Source: an uncultured Nitrososphaerales archaeon (lineage in GTDB: Archaea > Thermoproteota > Nitrososphaeria > Nitrososphaerales > Nitrososphaeraceae). Taken from it: a stretch of 64,000 nucleotides of DNA. Location of the stretch: positions 1,066,676 to 1,130,675 of the forward strand of contig CAVQMO010000010.1 of the NCBI GenBank assembly GCA_963713605.1, given 5' to 3'. A model generated the notes under the pieces. It made no database searches. It was not told where the DNA came from and worked only from the letters and a program-made list of their open reading frames with translations. The position numbers were made by a program, and so were the translations under genes. Shown here one piece after another: positions 44,819-55,821 of this stretch (position 1 is its first letter; every line of letters begins with the position of its first letter).

Positions 44819-45040
44819 TCAACAAGGAGGCATGTGAGGCCCACCGCACATTTTGGTCGCGGCTATGCCACCAGTTTCTTCCGTGGTAGTCCCGCTGGTC
44901 ATATTACCGCCAGTCATATTTCCTATAGTAGCGTTGTCAGCTGTCTGTGCCAATGCTAGGCCAATCCCAAAATTTGCTAGTGCAGCCATGGCAATTACCA
45001 TCACCGTCGCCATAGTTACCACTAAAAGTCTCGATCTCAT
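44819..45040 (-). CDS. Small secreted protein (NMT-linker, GGIA family)
   Basis: Signal peptide ..GIGLALA, GNMTGGNMT, TGGIAA, ends CGGPHMPPC. Confidence 0.7.
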   Translation of the reverse strand: MRSRLLVVTMATVMVIAMAALANFGIGLALAQTADNATIGNMTGGNMTSGTTTEETGGIAATKMCGGPHMPPC

Positions 45041-45359
45041 CGTGATAATCTAAATCTTGATGAGTATATATATCGTTTGTACAACTTACTCGTGTATGAT
45101 TCAGAATAATAGTATTTTTGATATCAAACTAAACAGCGGCGGGTTAAATTGTAGCAAAACCCAATAAACCGTTCTATCTTCATAAATGTTGTAGTTTGAT
45201 TAAAACAGAATTTACAATTTGACAGTAGATACCTTACCCACACAGCATATGAGCAAACTACTACTGTATAAAGTCAGTGAACCTGTTACTCGAGCTAATT
45301 GGCGTTGTATATGCATGCCGGACAACATCATCGTTTATATCCTTTTTTGAATATCATTT

Positions 45360-45449
45360 CTAATCATTACTCCTTATGACCAGCATGCACATTCTCATAG
45401 CATCAAGCAAGTCATCAAATGAAGTTGCATCCTTATCAAGCATACCTTC
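45360..45449 (-). repeat. Terminase-like 3' tail copy A
   Basis: EGMLDKDATSFDDLLDAMRMCML...*. Confidence 0.8.
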
Positions 45450-45879
45450 CTTTCGTACCTACTTCCTTTTCATAGCGCTCTTTTGCAGTCGGGCATTGGT
45501 ACTGATTGTAACTGTAGTATATTGCAACGACCAATTTTGATACTAAGACAACAACCGGTAATCTACCCTTACCTTACCTTCGTGTATCGTTCCTGATTAT
45601 CTGAATTCTGACATTCTACCTCATAGAGTCGTTCCTCATTATCTGAAATGAATCGAACATTCTTTTGACAACAGGTAGATAGGTGTCAAAATAACCGGGT
45701 TCTGCCTGATATTTTATTTCAAACATTTCATTTTCAAGAGGAGCAGCCACTTCTAGCCATTTTCGAGTCTCATTATTGACATATGAGTAATGGACGATCT
45801 GATAAGCAGGAATCCCGGAGAGAGTAGTATTGGATTGGTCAACTAATCACTTACTTTATGTTTCCGTTAAAGTATGACT

Positions 45880-46515
45880 CTAAAGCAGACTCATGCTTGA
45901 ATTTGGTAATATACGAGTACTTATCGATACGCTAACCGGCTCGGCTAAATCAAAAATACTTCTGTTTATTTCCAATGAATAAAGGAAGGCTACGTGATAT
46001 GCTGCAAGGTTTATTTCAGATTTTGTCCAATTAGGCGGATAATCCATCTTTATATCATAATCTGGGTTTTCATAAGTTAGAAATTCGTTCGAACCAAAGA
46101 CATTATCGAAATAGACTAGGCCTAAGCCCCCAAATGCCATAACTATAATTATGATTGAGCCTATTAACGCAACCGATTGCTGAGGAGTTAACACTTTGTT
46201 ACTTTTAATTTTATGTTGCAATTTATTACTGCCAATGTCTGCCTTTCTAAGTGCCGAATCGAAAGTAAGCGCATGGGTATATGACCGCTCTAACTTTGTT
46301 GGTAGTATTTCTCTAAGTCTTCGTTCCTTGACTATTCCATCAAATGTAGTTTCTATGTCTTTGCGGATTGCTTCGTTTGACAGGCCGTCCTTCTTACCCT
46401 GCTCGTATAACTTTACGGCTACATCAGCAGCGCTAACAAATGCTTGTTTTAGCTCCTCAAGAAGTTTTGAATATTCTCCGGAGCGCTTGGGTTCTATCCC
46501 TTCTGCGGACGTCAT
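45880..46515 (-). CDS. Chimeric ORF: helical N-domain + TM + truncated PsbP-like domain
   Basis: KLYEQGKKDGLS..IRKDIE N-domain; TM; FLTYENPDYDIKMDYPPNW. Confidence 0.55.
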   Translation of the reverse strand: MTSAEGIEPKRSGEYSKLLEELKQAFVSAADVAVKLYEQGKKDGLSNEAIRKDIETTFDGIVKERRLREILPTKLERSYTHALTFDSALRKADIGSNKLQHKIKSNKVLTPQQSVALIGSIIIIVMAFGGLGLVYFDNVFGSNEFLTYENPDYDIKMDYPPNWTKSEINLAAYHVAFLYSLEINRSIFDLAEPVSVSISTRILPNSSMSLL

Positions 46516-46709
46516 TTCTTAGACTTTTTAGCCGGAACGACAGTCTTACGTACTGCAGCGATTAATTCGCCATCCTTACAGACTTCTAAAGTCCATTCAA
46601 CTTCTTCCCCTGCCTTCAGGCCCCACTGTTTTACGATGAACATTGGAACCGTCGTCTTCAAGGATGCCTTGTTTTTCGTGTTCAAAGATAGGGCTGTTCT
46701 CTCTCCCAT
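46512..46709 (-). CDS. AbrB/MazE-family DNA-binding protein
   Basis: SLKTTVPMFIVKQWGLKAGEEVEW; ATG at 46709. Confidence 0.8.
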   Translation of the reverse strand: MGERTALSLNTKNKASLKTTVPMFIVKQWGLKAGEEVEWTLEVCKDGELIAAVRKTVVPAKKSKK

Positions 46710-46917
46710 AGTAATACTACTTGTATACATACAATGGAATATATAATCAGCTAACTTATAAGTATACCTTCTAGTATCCCCAAATGTATATATACCTGTT
46801 GGTGGGTATATTAATAGTAATATTAGAAATGAGTCAAAATCAGATTCAAAAACAAGAAAATAATGAAATACGGCAGTACCCTCCAACTGCCCCCTCCTGC
46901 AGAATTAACTGTACAGC

Positions 46918-47304
46918 GTGAGGATTGAACAAACCGTGAAAGGTGCAAGGATAAGCGTCCACTGCTATAAAAGGATTCTTGAGTTAGCGGCTAGGGAAGC
47001 GATAGAGGCGTACTTAAGTACTCGCAGACAGTTAAAAGAGGTAGGTCTTAAGGTGGCCTATGATTGTAGATCCAATGGATTCGCCAATGTTCAAGTCTAT
47101 CTTGCGGGGAAAGATGATCAGGGTCGTGCAATTCGACTAGAAAGTGACGGGGTAACACCCCATGTACACAAAACTAAAGTACCTTCCCAACAACAGGCAC
47201 AACAGCAGCAGCAACAATTCCGACAGTCGGAAAATAATGTTGTTACTACTATGCATTGCTTCGAACGATGGACGCAAAACTCGACAGGATTCTTAATGTT
47301 CTAA
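46918..47304 (+). CDS. Hypothetical mobile-element protein (possibly degraded)
   Basis: Divergent from the AbrB gene; RLESDGVTPHVH then poly-Q. Confidence 0.4.
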   Translation: MRIEQTVKGARISVHCYKRILELAAREAIEAYLSTRRQLKEVGLKVAYDCRSNGFANVQVYLAGKDDQGRAIRLESDGVTPHVHKTKVPSQQQAQQQQQQFRQSENNVVTTMHCFERWTQNSTGFLMF

Positions 47305-47537
47305 CGGCAAGGGAAACCAGCAGTACCAGGACCTAACTAGTAATTAGTAAGAATGACTAAAGTTAGCATGCAAGATCGGGAATGGGGCAAGAGGGATAAA
47401 GTGACCAACATCCGAGAATGGTAGAAGACGGAAAATACCATCTTACTGCATCCTACAACCATTGGTCATATCACGAGGCGAGGCGATTGAGCTCGTGCAC
47501 GAAGCCATCGGCCGCCCTGTTCCCGGAGGTCGTGAAC

Positions 47538-48353
47538 TTACGCCTTCAGCGCCAGTGTGAGCAGGTAGTCCTGCCTCATCAAATTCTCATGTATGTAAGG
47601 TGTAATGGCTCGTATAAAGTCGTGTTCTAGTGCCTCGACCTTAGCTAGTACCCTGTCCCCCAAGTGCTTGGATGGCGCGTATCAGGGGCCCATATTTTGT
47701 ACTAAACAATTGCCAAAAATGGTTTGGGCTCAATACAGGAATGTGTACGGCACCTCGTTCGAAGTGAAGGTCCTTGACGTTGCTACTGCCTAGACGCTCC
47801 TGTACTGTCTGTGGAATTCCCCATTGCATAGGCGAGGGAGGGCTCCCAGGAGGAGGCGGGACATGCTTTACAATAGCCGCGAAGAATCTTCCTACTGTAT
47901 GTTCAGGAGGCCAAGTTGTAAATGCGATACGGCCCCCTTCCTTTGTGACTCTGATCAGCTCTTTGGAGCAACCTCTGGACGAGGAGTAAACATATGTCCT
48001 AGACTTGATAACACTATGTCAAATGAATTATCAGGAAAGGGAAGGTCTTCAGCATCACCGTGTTTCCATTCGATCCCTTCCGTTACACCGGCAAGGGCTG
48101 CTTCTTCCTTCGCACGTGCCAAAAGTTCAGGTGTGAGGTCTATCCCAATTACCTTCCCCCCTGCTCTGCACGCAGTGATAGCTGTAATGCCAGTACCACA
48201 TGCTACGTCTAGCACTTGCTCACCACGACTGACACTTGCGGCACGTACTAAGTGAGCGGACATAGGAGAAAGGAAGGTCGCTATGTCGTTATAAGAACCC
48301 AAGGCCCAAGTTGCCTTCGCTTTCTCCTTGAGATCTGCAATAGGGTCGCTCAA
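47538..48353 (-). CDS. Class I SAM-dependent methyltransferase (frameshifted)
   Basis: VLDVACGTG, GIDLTP, GDAEDLPFPDNSFD, GGRIAFTTW, WG; ends YLLTLALKA*. Confidence 0.85.
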
Positions 48354-48458
48354 AACAAATCTTCAAAGTACTATTCGACTAGTTGTAATAAAGTTTTTAT
48401 GTTCTAAGGAACGGTATCACCGAGAATTGTCCCTCTAAATTTCAGAACCTACATCATT

Positions 48459-48867
48459 GTGAGGGTCATGTGTCGTTCCCTCTGTCGTCATTCTACACAT
48501 GTGACTCTTCATGATGATGCAGAGGGATATGCCGCGGGATGGAATCCTGGTAATGTTCCTATTACCCCCCTACAAATTCCTCCTATAATTAGCGCTCCAC
48601 CCTTCGGACTCATCACAATCAAATCACCGGTTGAGTTGGAGGGCTTCATTTTCTATAGAAGCCACGTTCGTAAATCCTCAGAATCCTGAAACATTCCAAA
48701 CACCAGAAGAACCACCTATAGTGATTACTAGAGCAGGGCAATGCGAACTGGGTGATGTTAATACATCTACAAATACATTTGGCCTAGATTGTACTCGGGA
48801 TGATGGTACTGGTTCTGTAAGTAGACCCCTTGATGGAGCCATCCTTACATATATTATCACTAAATAG
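48459..48867 (+). pseudogene. Hypothetical protein fragment
   Basis: Two overlapping frames (LHDDAEGYAAGWNP... / ...DGAILTYIITK*). Confidence 0.4.
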
Positions 48868-48894
48868 TCTCACAAGAGAGTAAAACTGACTCGA

Positions 48895-48987
48895 TCAATG
48901 GCAAAATAACAAACTCATTCGAAACGCATCGAATAAATCATCCTGGCTAGTTGCTTCCTTGTCTAATGCACCTTCCCCATTTTCTAG
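48895..48987 (-). repeat. Terminase-like 3' tail copy B
   Basis: LENGEGALDKEATSQDDLFDAFRMSLLFCH*. Confidence 0.9.
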
Positions 48988-49098
48988 AGAAACATTATTA
49001 GAGAACTATAGAAGAATCCATTCTTACATAACTATAGAAGAATCTTATATAAATGATGTTTACGTTATAATAGTTTTACAGTGAGATGATATGAGACG

Positions 49099-49278
49099 AT
49101 GAGATGGGAATGTATTTACTGTAACAGCGTAATGGATAGCACAAACTTTACAGAATTCATAAAACAAAGTGACAACGACAGGAACAGCGTTCAACAAGCG
49201 AAAGTGCAATATCATACTTGGAGACCGCTGCCAGAGTCAGGCGACGAGGCTAGTGCCAGAACAGAAGCGCTAGTCTAA
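49099..49278 (+). CDS. Small CxxC protein, paralog of 60580 ORF
   Basis: MRWECIYCNSVMDSTNFTEFIKQSDND...VQYHTWR. Confidence 0.6.
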   Translation: MRWECIYCNSVMDSTNFTEFIKQSDNDRNSVQQAKVQYHTWRPLPESGDEASARTEALV

Positions 49279-49612
49279 AACCGTCGAACAAATCGTCATA
49301 TGAAGTAGCATCTTTATCTAGGGACCCTTCTCCTTTTTCAACTGCCGTACGTAATGCGGTAATTAACTTCGCATGCTTGGGATTAATTTCTACTTGGCCA
49401 TCATTGTACTCGAGCATCTGCTTACAATGGGCAAGCATCTTTTTATGTTCCTTGGAAAATGCTACCGGGATCACAAACATATTTTCCTCCAGGAATTTCA
49501 AGTCGTAAATTGATGGGTACTGTTTCTTCAAATAAGAACATACGCGTTCATAGTTTGTATCCTCATCCAATCTTTCCTTTAAAGCACGGATAAAGGATGG
49601 ATTAGCGCCGGA
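49250..49612 (-). pseudogene. Terminase large subunit-like C-terminal nuclease fragment (longest tail copy, C)
   Basis: GANPSFIRALKERL...IPVAF...KLITALRTAVEKGEGSLDKDATSYDDLFDGFRLAL, resembling the DxAxP...DDxxDAxR RNase H-type terminase motifs. Confidence 0.6.
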
Positions 49613-49614
49613 AA

Positions 49615-49683
49615 CAATACCAGAACGCTAAACTCATTCGAAACGCATCAAATAAATCATCGGTTGACGTTGCTTCCTTGTCT
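49615..49683 (-). repeat. Terminase-like 3' tail copy D
   Basis: DKEATSTDDLFDAFRMSLAFWY, abutting copy C. Confidence 0.9.
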
Positions 49684-49856
49684 GCATTACTAAATCATCT
49701 TAGCGTACTTACTAAGTTAAAGGACTCAAGTTCGTACTTGGTAGCGTTCGACAGTAAATCTACGGAAGTCTCATTTAACTCTGGATCACCTGTTTCTACA
49801 AAGTCACGAAACAGAGCATAACTTGCACGCTCAGAATTCAAACTTTTTATGTATGT

Positions 49857-50282
49857 ATGGAAAGCAGGCAGCGTGAAGTAAGTGATATAAGAAGTATTGA
49901 AACAGGTATTCAATTCCTTTCTCAGGCTGAGAAAATGGATGAGCTTCATGATGAAATTGGCTTATCTAAGAATGGTTGTAGTTTTCTGCTGCAGCATCCC
50001 AATGGCCTAAAGATATCAGTTGTATCTTTCGAAGATTTGAGGGATGGTGAATTCCTCGAGTTAGCCCATTTTGGAAGACGTCCCAATGATATACAAAGGA
50101 AAAAATGGATTGCTGAAAATGGTATGCAAAAGGACCACGAGCGGCTAGCAGAAGTACTTAGGCAGAGGATGGAAGGCGAGATCCCGGATAAAAATATGAC
50201 CGCGGAAGAAGTGAAGGGCATAATATCATCGGCTCTCAACGATAGTAACAGTAGTAATAGTAGTAGTAGTACTAGGTACTAG
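49857..50282 (+). CDS. Hypothetical protein
   Basis: 141-aa ORF, Ser-rich end. Confidence 0.45.
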   Translation: MESRQREVSDIRSIETGIQFLSQAEKMDELHDEIGLSKNGCSFLLQHPNGLKISVVSFEDLRDGEFLELAHFGRRPNDIQRKKWIAENGMQKDHERLAEVLRQRMEGEIPDKNMTAEEVKGIISSALNDSNSSNSSSSTRY

Positions 50283-50890
50283 TGGCAATCGTAAGAGAAA
50301 GCGCAAAGAATGACTATTCGCTTTCTCGGAACTCCATTAGCCACGATCGACCAATCTTAATACTTAACACACGTTATAAAGCCACCTCATACTATCTCCT
50401 TACCGAGTGGCCTTAATAACAAGGAGAGCCTATCAGATTCAGGGCCTTACTAGGGTTCACAAATACTCGCTAGAACAAATATTGTATTTCCTTCTAAGAA
50501 GGACGATCGGTGGGCATTGGTCGTGTCGTTGACAATAACAGGCTAGACTCATCTGCATATTCCTACATTACAAATAAATCAAAGACGCTAAAAAGTAGTG
50601 GAGCCGGTATAGGATAGAGACCCGCCAACCACTGACCGTCCATATGAAGTAATATCTATTACTGTACCTTGCAGAACGGATAACTTCTTCATATGAAACT
50701 GTTTATTGTAATGATGGTATCTCCATGTGATCCTTTCCTGACCGCTTTAAATCACTGGGTGTGGTTGGGCCAAGTTAACGAGTTTATGCCTAAATAGGTC
50801 AAGAGTTAAGTCCTAACTACTTTGATGACAAATCGACTAGGACGAGCAGAAGCGCATTTTAACTAACTAACTACTTGACTAACTAATCGA

Positions 50891-50923
50891 CTAATGCCAG
50901 AACTCCAGTGACAATCTGAAACT
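50891..50923 (-). repeat. Terminase-like 3' tail copy E
   Basis: SFRLSLEFWH*. Confidence 0.8.
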
Positions 50924-50950
50924 CAATCTCAGTCATAAAAACATCTTTTA

Positions 50951-51018
50951 CATAAACTATAGATGATAAATCAGATTTAAGTAGAGAACATATCTCACCA
51001 AATCCAGATTAGTCATTT
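50951..51018 (+). promoter_or_regulatory. Conserved upstream element of collagen genes (copy 1; others near 52481 and 57530)
   Basis: ATAAACTATAGATGATAAATCAGATTTAA shared by three loci. Confidence 0.65.
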
Positions 51019-51047
51019 TGTGTTTTTGGATGCTTGTAGCAGAAGGT

Positions 51048-52367
51048 ATGGATAATAAGACCAACAACGGAAATCGAAAAATATCAGTTTCAGTAGTCAC
51101 GATAATGCTCATAGTTGGAGCAGTATCAACAGCACAACTATCGTCTATGGTAATAACTAATGGTAATGTAGTCTACGCCTATTCTGCCAATTCTGAATCA
51201 AGCAGCATCTCAAGTCATTAACTGCTCGGGACAAGATGAGAGTAGCCAAAATTGTGTAAACAATAATCTTGAAACGCAAGGAAAAGATAATGATGTAAAT
51301 GCTCAGATCTCGACACCATCAGGACCCCAAGGGCCTTCTGGACCTCAAGGACCGGAGGGACCCCAAGGACCACAAGGAGTGCAGGGACCAGCAGGTGCAG
51401 TAGGACCAGCAGGACCACAGGGTGAACAAGGACTACAAGGGATTCAAGGAATTCAAGGAGTTAAAGGAGATACTGGCGCTACAGGACCAGCAGGACCAGC
51501 AGGTGCAGAAGGACCAGCAGGACCAGCAGGTGCTAGTAGGACCAGCAGGACCAGCAGGTGCTGAAGGACCAGAAGGTGCTGAAGGACCAGCAGGACCAGC
51601 AGGCAGCAGGTGCAAAGGACAGCAGGCTGCAACAGGTACCAGTAGGACCAGCAGGTGCTGAAGGACCAGCAGGACCAGCAGGGCCAGCAGGTGCAATAGG
51701 ACCAGCAGGACCAGCAGGTGCAATAGGACCAGCAGGACCAGCAGGATGCAATAGGACCAGCAGGACCAGCAGGACCAGCAGGACCAGCAGGTGCAAAAGG
51801 ACCAGCAGGACCAGCAGGTGCAGCAGGTGCAATAGGACCAGCAGGTCCGAAGGACCAGCAGGTGCAGAAGGACCAGCAGGACCAGCAGGTGCAATAGGAC
51901 CAGCAGGACCAGCAGGTGCAATAGGACCAGCAGGACCAGCAGGTGCAATAGGACCAGCAGGACCAGCAGGTGGCAGCAGGTGCAATAGGACCAGCAGGTG
52001 CAATAGGACCAGCAGGACCAGCAGGTGAATAGACCAGCAGGACCAGCAGGTGCAATAGGACCAGCAGGTCCAGCAGGACCAGCAGGACCTGACAAGGTAT
52101 TACAAACTACGAGCTACAAGCAAATCCGCCCACTACAATTACGCCCAACTCGGGAATTGGAACTAGCATGGTGACCTGCCCTCCAGGAACAGTCGTGACG
52201 GGAGGAGGAATGGAGCTCCTCGGCGCCCAACCAAGTTACGTTCTCTGTTGAAACGGGCCACCAGATTGGCAATGGATGGACGGTTGAATTTTTTAATGGT
52301 ACTCCTACTTCTGCTAATGCCCAATTGCGTGCTGTGGCAACCTGTGCTTCACTAATACCACCTCTAG
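51048..52367 (+). CDS. Secreted collagen-like protein 1 (frameshifted; end approximate)
   Basis: Signal ..VVYAYS, NCSG...NCVNN, long GPA/GAI Gly-X-Y run, C-terminal [11 protein letters not shown]...ATCA. Confidence 0.85.
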
Positions 52368-52575
52368 GTACCTTAAGTAAGGACAAACCTCCACCTCTTT
52401 TTTTCCATTCAAACTTCCCACTCTTTTTATCTTTTTGAAACACGAATATTTTTAGAACACGAATATTTTTAGAATCCTTGATATAAACTATAGATGATAA
52501 ATCAGATTTAACTAGCAAACAGATTTCACCAAATCCAAATAAATCAATTTCCCCTTCTTGGTACCGCTAGAGAGC

Positions 52576-53601
52576 ATGGGAACCAATATTAGAAAAACCA
52601 AGGGAATTCGGACGTTATCTATGTCGGTAACTACGATATTGCTCGTTGGCAGCATCAGTGGTACAACTGTCGTCTATGACATTATCCAATGGTAATGTAG
52701 TTTACGCGTATTCTTCCAACTTTAATTCGGCAGCGTCTCTTGTCATTAACTGTTCAGGAGATCATGAGAGTAGTCAAAATTGTGTAAACAATAATCTGGA
52801 ATCACAGGGAAAAAATAATGACAATAATGCGCAGGTAAGCACACTACCTGGACCGCCAGGACCTCAAGGACCAGCAGGACCAGCAGGATCACAGGGTGAA
52901 CAAGGACTACAAGGAGTTAAAGGAGATACTGGCGCTACAGGACCAGCAGGACCAGCAGGTGTACTAAGGACCAGCAGGATCACAGGGTGAACAAGGACTA
53001 CAAGGAGTTAAAGGAGATACTGGCGCTACAGGACCAGCAGGATCACAGGGTGAACAAGGACTACAAGGAGTTAAAGGAGATACTGGCGCTACAGGACCAG
53101 CAGGATCACAGGGTGAACAAGGACTACAAGGAGTTAAAGGAGATACTGGCGCTACAGGACCAGCAGGATCACAGGGTGAACAAGGACTACAAGGAGTTAA
53201 AGGAGATACTGGCGCTACAGGACCAGCAGGACTCACAGGGTGAACAAGGACTACAAGGAGTTAAAGGAGATACTGGCGCTACAGGACCCGCAGGTGCAGT
53301 AGGACCAGCAGGACCACAAGGAGAGAGTGCAACCACGCAGGTATTGCAAGCCAGAGTTACTGCTACAAATTTCAAGACCATACCTTCGGGTACGGGCGAC
53401 CAGGTTTTCGCACCATCATGTGCATCTGACGAGGTTGTGACGGGAGGGGGAACGTTTACTACCGGAAGTCAAAACAACGAAAATAAACTTGAGGATACAA
53501 GTGCTTTCGGCCCTGGGAGTTTTAGGATTATCAATCCCGGTCCAAATGCAGTAAATATAGGTGCATACGCAATATGTGCAAAGTTAGTCGACGCACCCTG
53601 A
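52576..53601 (+). CDS. Secreted collagen-like protein 2 (frameshifted)
   Basis: Paralogous N-terminus; 63-bp unit [21 protein letters not shown] about 6 times; [11 protein letters not shown]...AYAICAKL. Confidence 0.85.
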
Positions 53602-53617
53602 CTCTCTTTTGTATTTT

Positions 53618-53688
53618 CTAGTGCCTAAATGCATCCACCAGGTCATCATATGACGTTGCTTCCTTGTCCAGGACGCCTTCTCCCCATT
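53618..53688 (-). repeat. Terminase-like 3' tail copy F
   Basis: GEGVLDKEATSYDDLVDAFRH* (internal deletion). Confidence 0.9.
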
Positions 53689-53842
53689 AATCCTAAATCA
53701 AAATCTAAGACCAAAACAGAGGACACATCATGAAGAGGCTCCATTACGTTATCAGTTAAAGATCTAGTTATTTATTTTCTGGTTTCATGTGGTCTTAAGT
53801 TTACCTACCCGGAAGGGAGATCAGCAACAGCATATCGACACA

Positions 53843-54466
53843 ATGACTGCTGAAAATGCTGCCACCGATTTGTTGCCATGGATTGTTGCCGGAATCACCG
53901 GGATAGGAGTAGTAGTTTCCTTTATTACATTTTGGTTTCAGCGGGAAAGATCTCATGAGACTGCTAAAGCAGAGAAACAAAGAGTTCTTCTCGCTAGATT
54001 AGCAGAAGCCTTTCGATTGTTATATGATGTAAGACATAGAGTGGCGCGAAAAGTTGTTTACGGTAATCCTGACCCTTCATCATTTGAAATCATTGGACTT
54101 AATAGGCCTACAGTTGAAGGAAATTATAGTTATGACGAACTGACTCGAATATGCAAAGAGATAGTGAAAAATGATTGCAACGAAATCGGCGTTCTAGCAC
54201 ATCATGGTCTTGTAGACGGAGATAAATTCATCGAAGAAGGCTTTTGGGTTATTCTGAAAGTCTGGGACCTCCTAAAGGATGACATAGTGGAAAGACGAAA
54301 AAGAGATTCATTAATGAAGTTATATATCCCTAAAAGTGCACAAAGGAGTCAAATGAACGTCCTGATGCCACTAAGGGACTCTCATCTGACTATGGTCTTC
54401 AGGTTCCTCCATATGGTTTTCAAGACCTTCATTTGGACTAGAGTATTCAGAAATACCGTCTGGTAA
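53843..54466 (+). CDS. Membrane-anchored DUF4760-like protein, C-terminus probably chimeric
   Basis: N-terminal TM; NDCNEIGVLAHHGLVD...W..LK..I.ERR pattern. Confidence 0.5.
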   Translation: MTAENAATDLLPWIVAGITGIGVVVSFITFWFQRERSHETAKAEKQRVLLARLAEAFRLLYDVRHRVARKVVYGNPDPSSFEIIGLNRPTVEGNYSYDELTRICKEIVKNDCNEIGVLAHHGLVDGDKFIEEGFWVILKVWDLLKDDIVERRKRDSLMKLYIPKSAQRSQMNVLMPLRDSHLTMVFRFLHMVFKTFIWTRVFRNTVW

Positions 54467-54589
54467 TAGGTCAAGGTGTGGGGGAAAATGTTCTGAACAA
54501 TAATAGTTAGTGCATTTTTTACATTGAGCGGTTGGCTTGTAATACCATACTCTTTTGGTAAAGAATTGCCCTAGATTCTGAGTACCCAA
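54371..54589 (-). CDS. Small Zn-finger-like protein fragment
   Basis: CKKCTNYYCSEHFPPH. Confidence 0.4.
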   Translation of the reverse strand: MGTQNLGQFFTKRVWYYKPTAQCKKCTNYYCSEHFPPHLDLLPDGISEYSSPNEGLENHMEEPEDHSQMRVP

Positions 54590-54701
54590 AAAAATAGTTT
54601 AAGCAAGCCAGAATTGCAAATAATATCGAAAGAAAAGGAAAGAAAAAAGAATGGACACTCTCTTTGCTGGTCGAAATAAATGACCTATTGCTAATCTTAT
54701 G

Positions 54702-55349
54702 TTACTTTCCTTTATCTCCGATGATTTCCACGAATCTGCTCTCAGGACCAAATACGATAGTCAAAACCCTCTCCTGACTGTTTCCCTCAGACTGCTTGAA
54801 ACTATTAAAGATGTTGGGGCAATCTCCGATACATATTCCACTCTGTTCACCACCTATCCTGTCACCATCCATCACAACAGTATATGGCTTGTCTTTATTG
54901 TCAGCAGCCTTGGAGTCTATGAAGTTTCTAGGTAATTGAACCTCTAAGGCACCTCCTTCTACGCCGCTTTGAGGATTAAGAGCAAGATATAATGCATTTC
55001 TATCAGGATTTGCTAGCATTCCAACGAGTGAACCTCCGATGATGTTATAACTAATAGGATTCGGTTGACCATCAGCCATTACGTCATACTTATTTGCATA
55101 GCCCGGGGCTGCGAGTGTTTTGAGCACGTCAATATCGACCTGATCAATAGCACTTGCATTTTCTATTTGCCCAGTAGCATTCTGTCCAGTAGCATTCTGT
55201 CCAGTAGCATTCTGCCCGTTTACCAATTCGAAAGGCATTACCGAAGTTCCGATGAAAATAACGCTGGCCAAAGTCAATGACAAAGCCACAAGTGGAAAAG
55301 ATATCTTCATCCTATTCTTGGATTTTACAACTAAACTACTTTCTGTCAT
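54702..55349 (-). CDS. Secreted protein with NATGQ repeats
   Basis: Signal peptide; NATGQ x3; LEVQLPRNFIDSK...VMDG...RVLTIVF...EIIG thaumarchaeal surface domain. Confidence 0.75.
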   Translation of the reverse strand: MTESSLVVKSKNRMKISFPLVALSLTLASVIFIGTSVMPFELVNGQNATGQNATGQNATGQIENASAIDQVDIDVLKTLAAPGYANKYDVMADGQPNPISYNIIGGSLVGMLANPDRNALYLALNPQSGVEGGALEVQLPRNFIDSKAADNKDKPYTVVMDGDRIGGEQSGICIGDCPNIFNSFKQSEGNSQERVLTIVFGPESRFVEIIGDKGK

Positions 55350-55426
55350 TAGAACAACTAACCTGAAAGATATTTATTAATCTTCGAGAACATAATTACA
55401 GCATGTTCTTACATCATCGTCATATA

Positions 55427-55543
55427 TCAATGCCATACTGCAAGGATAGTCTAAAACTATCGAATAGGTCGTCATGACTAGTCGTATCTTTGTCTAATGT
55501 GCCTTCACCATTCTACCGCAGTCCTTAACGCAGTGATTAACTG
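55427..55543 (-). repeat. Terminase-like 3' tail copy G
   Basis: LITALRTAVE/NGEGTLDKDTTSHDDLFDSFRLSLQ..WH*. Confidence 0.9.
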
Positions 55544-55821
55544 CCAAACTAATTAAACAGATCTTCATGTTCCTGGTGGGTGGCAACGACACTGACATGT
55601 CGCAGTTCCAGATTCAACAGGGGCCACTCCGGAACATTCAATATGCTTTTCGTCTCTGCATGCCTGAGATAATACCTCTTCAGTCAACGAATTATCCATA
55701 GGAGGCAATACATATAAGACATTCCAGAAAAGCAGTTCGGGCCAATCAGTATGTTGGTCGCTTCAATAATCTAAATATGGAATGATCCAAGTTATAAGAC
55801 CTGTTCGAAATACATGAGTTA

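Noticed and set aside
49003..52473. Short tandem duplications (AACTATAGAAGAATC x2 near 49004; ACTA run near 50861; AACACGAATATTTTTAG x2 near 52439)
   Set aside because: Consistent with slippage in AT-rich intergenic DNA; no function inferable.
51218..53381. [21 protein letters not shown] and NKDYKELKE repeat ORFs
   Set aside because: Off-frame or antisense readings of collagen Gly-X-Y repeats.
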